From the NCBI GenBank assembly GCA_964016885.1, contig OZ024743.1, forward strand, positions 357,182,001-357,246,000: DNA of 64,000 bases, in the 5' to 3' direction. Made by a program: the position numbers and the translations under genes. Positions 26,674-39,975 of this stretch are shown here, one piece after another. Below the pieces are notes generated by a model. It was not told where the DNA came from. It searched no databases and worked only from the letters and a program-made list of their open reading frames with translations. Position 1 is the stretch's first letter, and the number at the start of each line of letters is the position of its first letter. This DNA is from Eledone cirrhosa. Taxonomy: Eukaryota.

Positions 26674-27164
26674 CACATGTATATTTATATATATATGTAT
26701 GTATATGTGTATATATGTATATATCATTTCCTCATTTTCTCATTATTATCACCATTGATATCATCATCATCATCATCATTACCAATACCACCATCATCAT
26801 CCTCCCACCACTACCACCATCACTAATGCCACCATCATCATCCCCCCACCACTACCACCATCTCAGCTGTCACTGTCACTCCCACCAACATCACCCCACC
26901 ATCAAAGGCGGTGGTGGCAGTGGTGTAGTATTGGTAGATGATTTATTTTCACAGTATTTTAGTTTCATCCCTTTACATTCAACCTTAATTCAAATTTCCT
27001 TCCTTTATCTATAACACCTTCTTTCAATGTGTCCAGACAATTGACACCTCTCACCTGCAATATAGTCCTTCTTTTATGTGTCTGTGTGTGCTTATATTTT
27101 TTTATATTAGGAAGTCTTACTTACAATGATTATTAAACTTTTTAACACCAAATCACATGAGGTC

Positions 27165-27570
27165 AGCCATAACAACATCCCTGAACACCTTTTTGAATTC
27201 CATGTGTTTAATATCCGTGGACATGCTTACAAAATCAGAAAACAGCACGGCTCCCATGACTTTCGGAAACATTTTGTCACACTCAGAGTTGCTGAAGCAT
27301 GGAACAAACTACCTGCACCAGTTGTTAACTGTCGGGACACTGCATCCTTCAAAACTTCCATGCTTCCCGAAATTCGTCAATACTACACCTGATATTCCCC
27401 TTCCATACACACGCATGCATGTGTAATATCATGCGTGTGTATATCATAACTCATACATTATTTACATTCCTGACATTTGTACATTATTCTAAGTACTATA
27501 CATGCAGCTTTGATGAATTGTAGTGCATCTGAGCAGTGTACACAATAATTGTTATTATCATTATTATCAT
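27165..27570 (+). mobile_element. CR1-clade LINE 3' fragment
   Basis: RGHAYKIRKQHGSHDFRKHFVTLRVAEAWNKLP; same family as 19555. Confidence 0.92.
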
Positions 27571-27679
27571 GATTTAAAGAATGTATATCTATCTTAAAGC
27601 CTTTCATCATAATTTTGTGTTAGGCTCTTTGATAAATTCCTAACACCAGATAAATACTAACAAAACTAGTTATGTTACT

Positions 27680-28410
27680 AAAGCTCCTGAACGTCTTGAT
27701 TATTTTCAAACTGGGATGACATCAAGTTCAGGTCTTCCTTCAGGCGGAACGAGTTTGGCTTAGACCAACACTGCTTCACCTGCCTCTGATCCACTTTGCA
27801 GCCAAACACCAGTGCATGGCTCAATTTGGTGCTCTCCTCATCAGCCAGTACCCTTTCCTGATGATGAGTGCACTCACATTGGAATAGCCTAAGGCTTTGG
27901 CCTCCGCATGTGTGAGCCATACAAATGCCGCTGTGGGGCTGTCGTTGACAAGTTACGCCTGCACCCATTGTCATTGGCAGGCCGGTTCTACCGACTTGCC
28001 ACTCTCAATGACATATTGAGAAAGAACTTGGATGCAGCTGGCTTCCCTTCCCAAACTGGAGCCAGCAGGCTTTGACTATGGAGACAGCAACAGCCCTCAC
28101 AGAATTGCCCCCTCTTCACATGTGACCAGTTCTCCAGCTCCAATTTTGTCGCTTCGGCCACAAACCCCGGTACTGCGACCTGCAATGCAGAGTACAGGAA
28201 GACAAACAAATGCGGGGGCTTGCTGCTTCCTCTTTGCAGCAGTTGCTGTTGAGATCTCAGGCGTCCTCGGATCCCATACTGCCGAGCTCCTCCATAAAAT
28301 CGGATTGTCAGTAACCAATCTGAGAAAGAACCCCCATGAGGTGGGGTGGCTGCTGCAGCAAGTATCACTGGTGATTGTCCACGGAAATGCGGATATGCCT
28401 TTACGGGGTT
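27680..28410 (+). mobile_element. decayed CRE-clade (restriction-like endonuclease) non-LTR retrotransposon C-terminus
   Basis: Frameshifted remnants CRCGAVVD..H, LNDILRK, EPAGFDYGDSN.P, FAAVAVEISGVLG and WLLQQVSLVIVHGNA resemble the CRE CCHC + RLE region (..F.P.AVET.G..G...QR.S.A.QRGNA). Confidence 0.7.
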
Positions 28411-28418
28411 TTGTTCAT

Positions 28419-28470
<52 letters not shown>

Positions 28471-28796
28471 CACCACCCCAGGCCTAGAGCCTATCATCTT
28501 CTCCTCTTCCCCCTCCCTTTCTTCCTTGCCTCATAGTCCTTGCTTTTGTCCCTCCTTTTCCTCTCATTTATGGCATTTATAGCCCTTCCCTCTACTTTCC
28601 TATATATCCAGATCTGCCATTCTTTACCACTTAACCCTCTATTTTGGTTTTGTTTTATCCTTTTCCTTTCTTTCTAATTTTACTTATACAACGGTCTATA
28701 ATTTTATTTTATAACTTAGAATAAACCTATGATTAGTACAGAGATGATTTAGAAGCTGAAAAAAACAAACAAATATACATAAGGTTGGGTTTCCAT

Positions 28797-28955
28797 TCTT
28801 CTTCTTCTTTTTCACCCACTTATTCCTGAGAGAGTCAGGGGGGTTCCAGCGAGTCCCCTCGGAAGTAACTGTCTCCAACTGATCCTGCTGGATCTGTAAG
28901 CAAAACTAGGCAAGCTCATGGAGGTTATCCAACCATTTTGCTTGGTGGTCTACCC
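28797..28955 (-). mobile_element. RTE 3' fragment (family of 61380-61670)
   Basis: Nucleotide similarity to 61390-61550 (AACTGTCTCCAACTGATCC..CAAGCTCATGGA); (GAA)n tail. Confidence 0.7.
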
Positions 28956-29182
28956 CTGGGTGTCACAATCATCCCCATCATCTTCTTCAATATTGCTCCC
29001 AAGTCACCCTGACATTTAACCCAAACACAACCACAACCATAATCATCATCATCACTACCATTATCATCACAACCACCACAACTACTGTCATGACCAAGAT
29101 CATCACCATCGCCTTCTGGAGGGTTTTGCCCATAAAATCTGTACAGAAAATAATCACTGGGCAGATTTTAGGGGTTTCCATT

Positions 29183-29526
29183 CTTCATTTTCATTTCATT
29201 TCATTTTACGACCACTTTTCCCTGCTTGCAAGGGTGGGACGGGAACTGATTCTGGCTTGATTTCTACAGCTGGATGCCCTTCCTAACACCAACCTCATTT
29301 ACAGTGAGTGCTGGGTGCTTTTTTTTCCATGGTGTCTACACGACCACTTTGCAGTGGAATGATAGGGACCCCAGTCCCTATCATCTCATTTCTACAGCTG
29401 AGTAAACTGGAGCAATGTGAAATAAAGTGTCTTGTTCAAGGAAACAACACATCAACTGGTCTGAGAATTGAACTCACAACCTTTTGATTGCAAGGCCAAT
29501 GCTCTAACCACTAAGCCATGTGCCTC
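29183..29526 (-). mobile_element. SINE S1
   Basis: Near-identical to 577-920 and 14204-14542. Confidence 0.9.
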
Positions 29527-30434
29527 TTCTCTAAGTAGATTTTCAAAATTATTTCAAAACCATAGAAAGACTTATGGAGTGGAATGGACGATGGGCAGAG
29601 AGGACTAACAGGTGTTATTTGTGCCAGGAATTTGGTACAAGTGAATCCAAAGACAAAGTTTTCAGTCATAGGGTATTTTTCTCTACCACTACCACCACCA
29701 CCACCACCACCACTACTATCTCAATCATACTTTTCCCTCTCTTTTTCTTTCTCATCTACTTGCCTCTCCCTCCTATTCACGGCCTGCCCCCACTCTCTCT
29801 CTCAGCTTCTGTTCACCAATGTCTTCTCTGTTACCTTTGTTATCTCAAGCACATGTGTGTGTGTGTGTGCTTGTGTGTGTATGTGTGTGAATGCACGTGT
29901 GTGTATGTGTATGTGAGTGTGTGTCTGTATGTTTGTGTGTGTGTGTCCATGTTGGTCCCTTGTCCTACAGTATGTCAAATCTAGATAGGGTGTTACCACT
30001 GCCACCACCACCACCACCACCACTTTCCCCTTCACCCTACAAACCTCCATCTAATAACACTTAGTAATAATTACCTAAATAACAGAAATCACTCTCTCTC
30101 TCTCCCATCAAACTTATCTCTTTAGTTTACTTTCCCTCCACTATCACAACCATCACCACTACCAACATATTGCCATCATGACTGACACCTTACCTTTCAC
30201 CTGTGTACGCCACCACCACCTCTGTCACCTCCACCACTACCACTTCCTTTACAGTACTACAGATTTAGATTCACACTCCATTCTATCTCTCTTTCCCCCC
30301 TCTCCCCCTCTCTCTCTCTCTCTCACACACACATGCATTCAATTTCTTACATGCTTACATACATATTTACATACATACACACACTTTATTATACATACAC
30401 ACACATACCTACATACACACATACATATACATAC

Positions 30435-30525
<91 letters not shown>

Positions 30526-30762
30526 ACACACATACAAGCACTCAAACAGTTAGGGAGGGACATGAAGCATCCAGAGACATAGCAAGATTTAAACCCTTAA
30601 TACTTGTCAACATTGGCATTTGGGGTCCATAATACAAGCAAGAAATCTAATCTATCCCCACTGTCATACACACACACACCTAATCCTGAGAGCTAACCTC
30701 TATGTAGTCACTTTGCCTGCTGGAAATAGCAGTCAAAAATCTCCAAATCACACTCTATTATC

Positions 30763-30970
30763 TTAATCCTTTAGCATTTAAATCGGCTGTATCCAGCCAG
30801 AATTTTATCAGCTGGTTCTGTTCAAACCAGCTGTAACCAGCTGCTCATCCAACATTAAGGTATTGTTCTCAAAATGAATGATATCAAAATATCATAGATT
30901 CGATATTAGGTGAGATAAAGCCCTTACCGTGAAAAAATAATAGTAAATATAGAGTAATCTAAAGGGTTAA
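30763..30970 (-). mobile_element. piggyBac-type MITE family A
   Basis: TTAA flanks; reverse complement of the family A interior. Confidence 0.8.
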
Positions 30971-31439
30971 AGAAGAAAAAGATACATTAAATAATTTATG
31001 TATTCATGGATACACAAAAAATAGGGAAGTTATGGCTGGAACCTGTTGTATTATAGTTCCACTCAGTCTGCACTGACCTGTGGTTAAACAACAACAAGAA
31101 CACCATACACACAACTATAACTACAATGACTATTACCACTACAGTATAGTGACCACATGACATCTACACAGTCAGAGTTACCACTATTCTACAGCTACCA
31201 CTGACCTCCAAGAGAAGTTTTGCAAGGCGGTGCAAGAGCCCTTTAGGACCCGAAGCAGCCAAAGATTTTTCTCAAAATGGATATTGAATGGTTGCTGTGG
31301 GGCCTTCTTAGCTCTTGGACCCCAGAATAAAGTACCGGTTTGACCACTCTCTCATAGGCCCTGGCCACTACTATCATGACTAAAAGTAATATGCATACAT
31401 ACACAACTACTACACCACTTCATTAAATAACCAGGCTTA

Positions 31440-32475
31440 TTAACAACTACAACCACTACACTTACTAAAAACTAGAACCACTACACTTACTAACAACTAC
31501 CACCTCTATGCTACCACCACTACACTTACTAACAACTACCACCTCTATACTACTACCACTACACTTACTAACAGCTACCGCCACTACACTTACTAACAAC
31601 TATCACAACTACACTTACTAACAACTATAACCACTACACTACAACCACCACAATTACTAATACCTACAACCACTACACTTACTAACAACTAACACCACTA
31701 CACTTACTAACAACTATCACCACTACACTTACTAACAACTATCACCACTACACTTACTAACAACTATCACCACTACACTTACTAACAACTATCACCACTA
31801 CACTTACTAACAACTATCACCACTACACTTACTAACAACTATCACCACTACACTTACTAACAACTATCACCACTACACTTACTAACAACTATCACCACTA
31901 CACTTACTAACAACTAACACCACTACACTTACTAACAACTATCACCACTACACTTACTAACAACTATCACCACTACACTTACTAACAACTATCACCACTA
32001 CACTTACTAACAACTATCACCACTACACTTACTAACAACTATCACCACTACACTTACTAACAACTATCACCACTACACTTACTAACAACTATCACCACTA
32101 CACTTACTAACAACTAACACCACTACACTTACTAACAACTAACACCACTACACTTACTAACAACTATCACCACTACACTTACTAACAACCAACACCACTA
32201 CACTTACTAACAACTATCACCACTACACTTACTAACAACTATCACCACTGCACTTACTAACAACTAACACCACTGCACTTACTAACAACTATCACCACTA
32301 CACTTACTAACAACTATCACCACTACACTTACTAACAACTATCACCACTGCACTTACTAACAACTATCACCACTACACTTACTAACAACTATCACCACTA
32401 CACTTACTAACAACTATCACCACTACACTTACTAACAACCAACACCACTACACTTACTAACAACTAACACCACTA
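31440..32475. repeat. 25-bp minisatellite (ACTAACAACTATCACCACTACACTT), ~40 units
   Basis: Seen directly; homogeneous over 31680-32470 and degenerate on the left. Confidence 0.97.
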
Positions 32476-32539
32476 TACTACAACTGCCACTTTTACTCAT
32501 AATAGGATTGCAGGTTGAAAGGACTCTACAGTCACAACA

Positions 32540-33255
32540 TGGCTACCTCTCTAATGGTGGTACCATGAAAAATGCACCTAGTATACACTGTAAGGTGGTT
32601 GGTGATATGAAAGGCATCCAGATATAGAAACCATGCCATGGAAGGGTTGAGAAGACTCATCATTTGTGTCAAGGACTCAACAACATCTCTAGTGTTGGTG
32701 ATTTTGGTGATTTACATGAAAAATATACCCAGTACACTCTATATCAGGCATGTCAAACATGTGGCCCTTTACAAGTACATCTGCAGCCAGCACAAAGAAT
32801 TTTACAGTGCGAGCATGTTTTATCTTTGTAATATAAAATGAAAAATAAAATTAGTTGTAATGTGCACAATTAGTTGCCGTGTGTAGCCCTCAGACAACAC
32901 ATGTGTGACCCATGTGGCCCTTTGGGGGACCCTCAGTTTGACATGCCTGCTCTATAAAGTGGTTAGTGATAGGTAGGGCATCTATCCATAGAAAATCTAC
33001 TAAACAAAGAGTGGGAAGACTCTTCAGCTATGTCAAAGACTTGACACCCTAAATAGTATTGGTGACATGGTAAAATGTACCTGGTTCACTCTGTAGAGTG
33101 TGAGAGCATATGTAAATGAGAAGCAGGCCTCCAGTCATTTGAGTGGTCAAGTAGCTCCAATTAACTACTACTGACTTGGTCTGCAACAATTCAGCCAGCC
33201 CTTGCTAGCAGGAAAAATGGACATTAAATGATGATGTTGATGTTGATGATGATGC
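32540..33255 (+). mobile_element. old RTE-3'UTR-derived repeat (multimerised unit, GAT tail)
   Basis: CACTGTAAGGTGGTTGG..GGCATCCA..TAGAAA unit repeated; ends GGACATTAAATGATGATG. Confidence 0.6.
32745..32949. mobile_element. hAT (Charlie-type) MITE
   Basis: 14-bp TIR CAGGCATGTCAAAC/GTTTGACATGCCTG; 8-bp TSD CTCTATAT/CTCTATAA. Confidence 0.88.
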
Positions 33256-33842
33256 TGAACATAGCCATATGATCTACTAAAAATGGCAGTCATATCACCT
33301 TTAAATAGCACCATACTGTCTTTTTAAAAAATGGGAGGTAGCATTGAATGATGTAGTCTCACATGCACTATGTTTTTTTGTTATTTTTAAAGAGGGCATG
33401 CTCGTGATTGGAATGTCTTTTGATCATAGGTGTGTCTACTGGATCTGGGCCAAGCTGGAGCTAATCAACAACAAAATCTCTACACCTACATGTCACTGAC
33501 AGTAAAACACTCACAACATTATTCTTAGGTCTACCAAATATAAACAAAATCTTTGAGTACATGGAAGAACCTTCTAGCTGTTTTACAGATTCCCTTGTTT
33601 CTTCTTTTCTTTTTTGTTTTCTTATGCATAATCTGTCTCCCATTGGCCTTCAATATTCGAAATTTTGTTTTTGTTATTCCCCCCCCCCTTTTTTTTCTCT
33701 TTTATTTATCTATTTTTTTTATTACTTGTCTCACTAGCTCTTTTTGATTACCAACTGTAAGGAGTACTAAAAACTTCCCCTAGTCTGTCATGTCTTACTA
33801 GCTCTATACGAACATTTAAATTGAATAAATAAATAAATAAAT

Positions 33843-34024
33843 AATTGTTTCTACTTTTTGGCACAAGGCCAGCAATTATTTCAGTGTATTACTGGTACTT
33901 TATTTTATCGACCCCCGTAAGGATGAAAGGCAAAGTTAACCTCGGCAGGATTTGAACTCAGTCCGTAAAGGGACGTAACTGTGCTACAAAGCATGGCGTC
34001 CGACCCTCTACCGATACTGCCAAA
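33843..34024 (-). mobile_element. SINE S2
   Basis: Reverse-complement match, inserted in a (TAAA)n run. Confidence 0.88.
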
Positions 34025-34454
34025 TAAATCACAAATACCCACTCACCCACTGGTCACTACTCCTGACACCAACACCCAAATAGAAAGATACCCAACACCA
34101 GCGGCAGCAGCAACAACATCCCACTCCACCATTGTCACCATTGCCTCCACACCCACTCACCATCCAACCCCATTTCCTCAGTCATCAACTCCCTCCACCA
34201 CCACCACCAACATCAGTTGAACATTGTACTACCTCCAGCATCACCACCACAACCACTTGTAACCCCACACCCCAATTCAATGCTACTGCTCCCTACTAAT
34301 ACAACTAACTCCCTTCTCCCAGCCTAACCCCTAGACACTTGACACCCTAATTGATGCCTGCTACACATTCTAGAACTCTAACATTTCAGGTTGTGGAGAG
34401 GGGAGGGGCAGTAATTTTGGGAGTGCTTGTTTACATACACACACACACACACAC

Positions 34455-34487
<33 letters not shown>

Positions 34488-34517
34488 TTGTGTTTGTGTT
34501 TGTGTGTGGGTGAATAG

Positions 34518-34553
<36 letters not shown>

Positions 34554-34772
34554 CATGAGAAGAAAGAAGAATACTGCGTGGTTGCACATGGGTTACATAT
34601 GATAAAATTACTTCTTCGTCAGTGATTTGCCAACCATCATTGATATTTCATCGCATTAAAAATCATATACCTCAGGTTGGTGCGAGCAATAACTAAAAGA
34701 AAGTTATTGGGACCAGTAAATCACGTAAAGCGAGGGGGACAAGTAAACAACATAGAAGGATAAAAGCAAACC

Positions 34773-34960
34773 AATGCATGATCAGGCTAAAGCAAAATAC
34801 ATAACTATCTTTATGACTCCTAGACAATAGAGGCATATGAAACCGATTGGACTAACCTCTACCGTAGATACACATATGTAGTGACTCCTCGCCTGATGTG
34901 TTTTTTTCAGGAACTAAACCATTTTCGTTATGTATTTTTGCTTTAGCCTGATCATGCATT
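34773..34960. repeat. 33-34-bp inverted repeat pair (MITE-like or fold-back)
   Basis: AATGCATGATCAGGCTAAAGCAAAATACATAAC (34773-34805) versus its reverse complement at 34927-34960. Confidence 0.85.
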
Positions 34961-35709
34961 AACCCGCTTTGCTAGTGTTTGGCTTGTATTGATGTGGTGC
35001 CTGTCTATATACAGGTTTAGCACCCATGGTCCACATAATTCCGTAACCAACTAGTATACCTTGAAGTATACTATGTGGAAGAATAAAATCCCAATTGGGA
35101 TTTCTGAAGGTACCTTGGGAGCCTTTTAGTATTTCTTTAACTTTAAGTTATGGAGAGCTAAATCACCTGTTATATATAGTGACCAACGTATAGCTTCCTC
35201 TATTTTTTGTGTGCTTTAAAACTTTTTCTTTTTCTTTTTTTTTTCTTTTTTTCTTTTTTCTCTTTTCTTTTTTCTTTTTTCTTTTTTCTTTTTTCTTTTT
35301 TCTTTTTTAATTTTTTAATTTTTTCTCTTTATATTATTATTTTACTTTTACTTTTTATTATATGTTTTAACTATGCTTTACGCATAGAGTTACGGCTCTT
35401 GTCGATAAAATAAAGTACCAGTAATGCACTGGTATTTGCAGGCCTTGTGCCAAAACGTAGAAACAATTATATGTTTTAACTATTGTTTATACTTTTTGCA
35501 TTTATGTGCCCTCACGTGCTTCTGCATCGTTTGAAAATATCTGCCTGTACCATTGCATTTAGCTGTAGTGCTGAATAACAACCGTACTATGCACTCTCTC
35601 CGTACTCGCCATTCACGATCTCCCTCTTGTTGCCCTCTATTGTATTTCTAATGTTCATGTGACTAAGCTCGGTAGAGCTTATACTCAGCACTGTATTTTT
35701 GTTTATAAA

Positions 35710-35754
35710 GCTCTGATGATTCCTGCCCAATGGTATGGATGAAACATTGTCAGC
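35710..35754 (+). ncRNA. minimal type I hammerhead ribozyme (Penelope-type)
   Basis: GCT-CTGATGA-TTCCTGCC[CAAT]GGTATGGAT-GAAAC-ATT-GTC^-AGC-AAATAAA. GUC triplet; U-U at the stem II base is non-canonical. Confidence 0.7.
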
Positions 35755-35904
35755 AAATAAAAATTGTATGAGTATGTAGGCGTTCTTTGATTTCTTCGAC
35801 ATATAACGGCTCTGTTCTCGTACATTGAGCTAATACAATACTGTCACAAATACGAAACGGTACAGGTGCGTTTATGCGCATTTGCTCCGTGGTCTACGTA
35901 AATA

Positions 35905-35954
<50 letters not shown>

Positions 35955-35958
35955 ATGC

Positions 35959-35990
<32 letters not shown>

Positions 35991-36042
35991 ATACATATAT
36001 ATACATATATACATATATACATATACATATATATATATATAC

Positions 36043-36998
36043 ATATAAATTTTAGTACAGCATTGACGAAGCTTTAGAACACGGCCAAGGTAGCGAATGC
36101 ATAATCGGTCTGTAGCTTTAGCACTCGGATGAGGAAGGACCCCAGAGTAATAACATTACGTTCAGACAACTTAGCAAATCAGATATAGCGGTCGGCAGCC
36201 CAGCCGCTTCCCTAGAGCAACGAAAATACAGGACCCAGGAAAAGATTTTATACTGACCCGGACAGAGCGGTGAGGCTGAGTGCAAAATATATAACTTACA
36301 TCGTATATCAACAATATACATCATATACAGCAAACAACATCAGCGCTAAGTTTCTGCAAATCCAAGATCGACAAATTCCGATTGCAGGAGTCTGCAATAT
36401 AATGGTTTTTGACAACAGAACATAGAATTTCCTTCTTCAGCAAGTCTTTCGTTCTTAGCCTGAGCGGGTATGTTGTAGCTTTAAATGTCGCCACAGACAC
36501 GTGGTTTTCTCCAAGGGAGGTAACCCCCACTTAGGCGGTGAATTCCAATTTGAGATAAAGGAATGAATCCCTTTAGACAAACCGAATTAAGCACTCAACC
36601 AGAAGTTATCAAACAAACATAAACAATTAATCAATCAATAGAATCATCTAATTAAATTAATCAGTTAATCGTTAATTCTAGGAGTAAATATAAATTTTAG
36701 TACAGCATTGACAAAGCTTTAGAACACGGCCAAGCTAGCAAATGCATAATCGGCCTGTAGCTTTAGCACTCGGATGAGGAAGGACCCCAGAGTAATAACA
36801 TTACGTTCAGACAGCTTAGCAAATCAGATATAGCGGTCGGCAGCCCAGCCGCATCACTAGAGCAACGAAAATACAGGACTCAGGAAAAGATTTTATACTG
36901 ACCCGGACATAGCGGTGAGGCTGAGTGCAAAATATATAACTTACATCGTATATCAACAATATACATCACATACAGCAAACAACATCAGCGCTAAGTTT
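36043..36998. repeat. 311-bp direct repeats (36043-36353 and 36688-36998), period 645 bp
   Basis: Two near-identical CpG-rich copies with about ten substitutions and no indels seen. Confidence 0.95.
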
Positions 36999-37548
36999 AA
37001 GACAGTAGGGAGGGGTGTGATATGGGGGAGAGTTAACTGCTGTTTCTAACAGGTTTAGTGACCTCATAGAGGATATTATTGTGTATAGTAAATGACCTGA
37101 TACTTCTTTCTTCCACGTTCGTTGATAGATGTTTTTAAAAAGATTTATCGCTATTTTTGTTGTTGTTGAATAAATTTATCTGTTGCTTTTGAATAATTGT
37201 TGTTTCGTATGAAATGTAATAAGTTCTCTTTGTCATTGAAGTAAATAAATGTTTGACCGTTCCACACTCAAAAACAAACGTTCTCTCTCTCTCTCTCTCT
37301 CTCTTAAAGATTAAGGGGAGTAGAGAGAGGTAATCTGATTGTATTAGAGGGTTAAAGCGTCATATATTTAGTTTTATTGATTATTTCCGTAATTGTGGGT
37401 GAGTGTGAATGAAATAAATAGTCGTTGACCTAAGTTAGATCATTTACAACATTCTTACAGACTTTGTGTCGAATCGGTTTGAAATTGTGCAAAAGTATAA
37501 ACATGGAACATACAGACACACACACAACAACAATCTGCCTTTTATAGA

Positions 37549-37735
37549 TAATTGTTTATACTATGGCACAAGGCCAACAATTACCTAGTACATTACTGGT
37601 ACTTTATTTTATCGACCCCGTAAGGATGAAAAGCAAATTTAACCTCGGCGGGATTTGAGCTCAGACTGTAAAGGGACGTAACTATGGTTGAAAGCATAGC
37701 GTCCAACCCTCTACCGATACTGCCAATTCACCGCC
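37549..37735 (-). mobile_element. SINE S2 with TSD
   Basis: 13-bp TSD TTTTATAGATAAT at 37540-37552 and 37736-37748. Confidence 0.9.
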
Positions 37736-37747
37736 TTTTATAGATAA

Positions 37748-37791
<44 letters not shown>

Positions 37792-37861
37792 GTATGTGTG
37801 TGTGTGTGTGTGTGTTAATTTTTCCTAGACAGTAATCTTGCGAACAAATATCGTCCCCACG

Positions 37862-39316
<1,455 letters not shown>

Positions 39317-39317
39317 C

Positions 39318-39444
<127 letters not shown>

Positions 39445-39503
39445 CATATATATATATATACATACATATATATATATATACAAACGTATATATATATACA
39501 AAC

Positions 39504-39542
<39 letters not shown>

Positions 39543-39604
39543 CATTCATATATATATATATACATACATATATATATATATATATCTGCGTGTGTGTATG
39601 TATA

Positions 39605-39649
<45 letters not shown>

Positions 39650-39723
39650 TTATGTATCTATTTATATATATACATATATATATTTATATATATATATATG
39701 TCTTATCTTATCTTAATCCTTAC

Positions 39724-39975
39724 ATTCTCGCTAACAACCCATCATCCCTCCCTCCCGCCCCCACGCACCACCATTATTACGTGGACCAATCATAAGTCAG
39801 AGGCCCATACTATCGCTTAACTGGTTGCTTTTCGATATGATGGATGGACTACGGAATTCTGGAGAGTTGAAGAGAGAAAAATGTGGACGCTCAGCGACAA
39901 TGCCAAAGATAAAGCCAAATTCACCTCGTGGACGAGAATGCAAGCACTCCTCCTTGTTTCGGCCCAGGATGGCTA
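39724..39975 (+). ncRNA. candidate HDV-like ribozyme at the RTE 5' end
   Basis: P1 ATTCTCG (39724-30)/CGAGAAT (39933-39), P3 TTC/GGA, L3 ACCTCGT. P2 and J4/2 are ambiguous. Confidence 0.45.

Noticed and set aside
27838-27870. CTGATGA motifs on both strands
   Set aside because: No downstream stem II/GAAA; within the CRE coding remnant.
29574-29680. Possible exon MEWNGRWAERTNRCYLCQEFG
   Set aside because: No convincing splice sites or recognisable domain; runs into low-complexity sequence.
30195-30260. Minus-strand donor-like AAG|GTAAGG
   Set aside because: No acceptor or pyrimidine tract upstream; the adjoining sequence is TGG-repeat derived.
31200-31365. Possible hAT/Tip100-like MITE
   Set aside because: GC-rich island, but matching TIRs and TSD could not be defined.
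34628-34682. Minus-strand hammerhead-like CTGAGGT..GAAA between CCAACC/GGTTGG
   Set aside because: Core and cleavage-site spacing deviate too much and stem II is poor.
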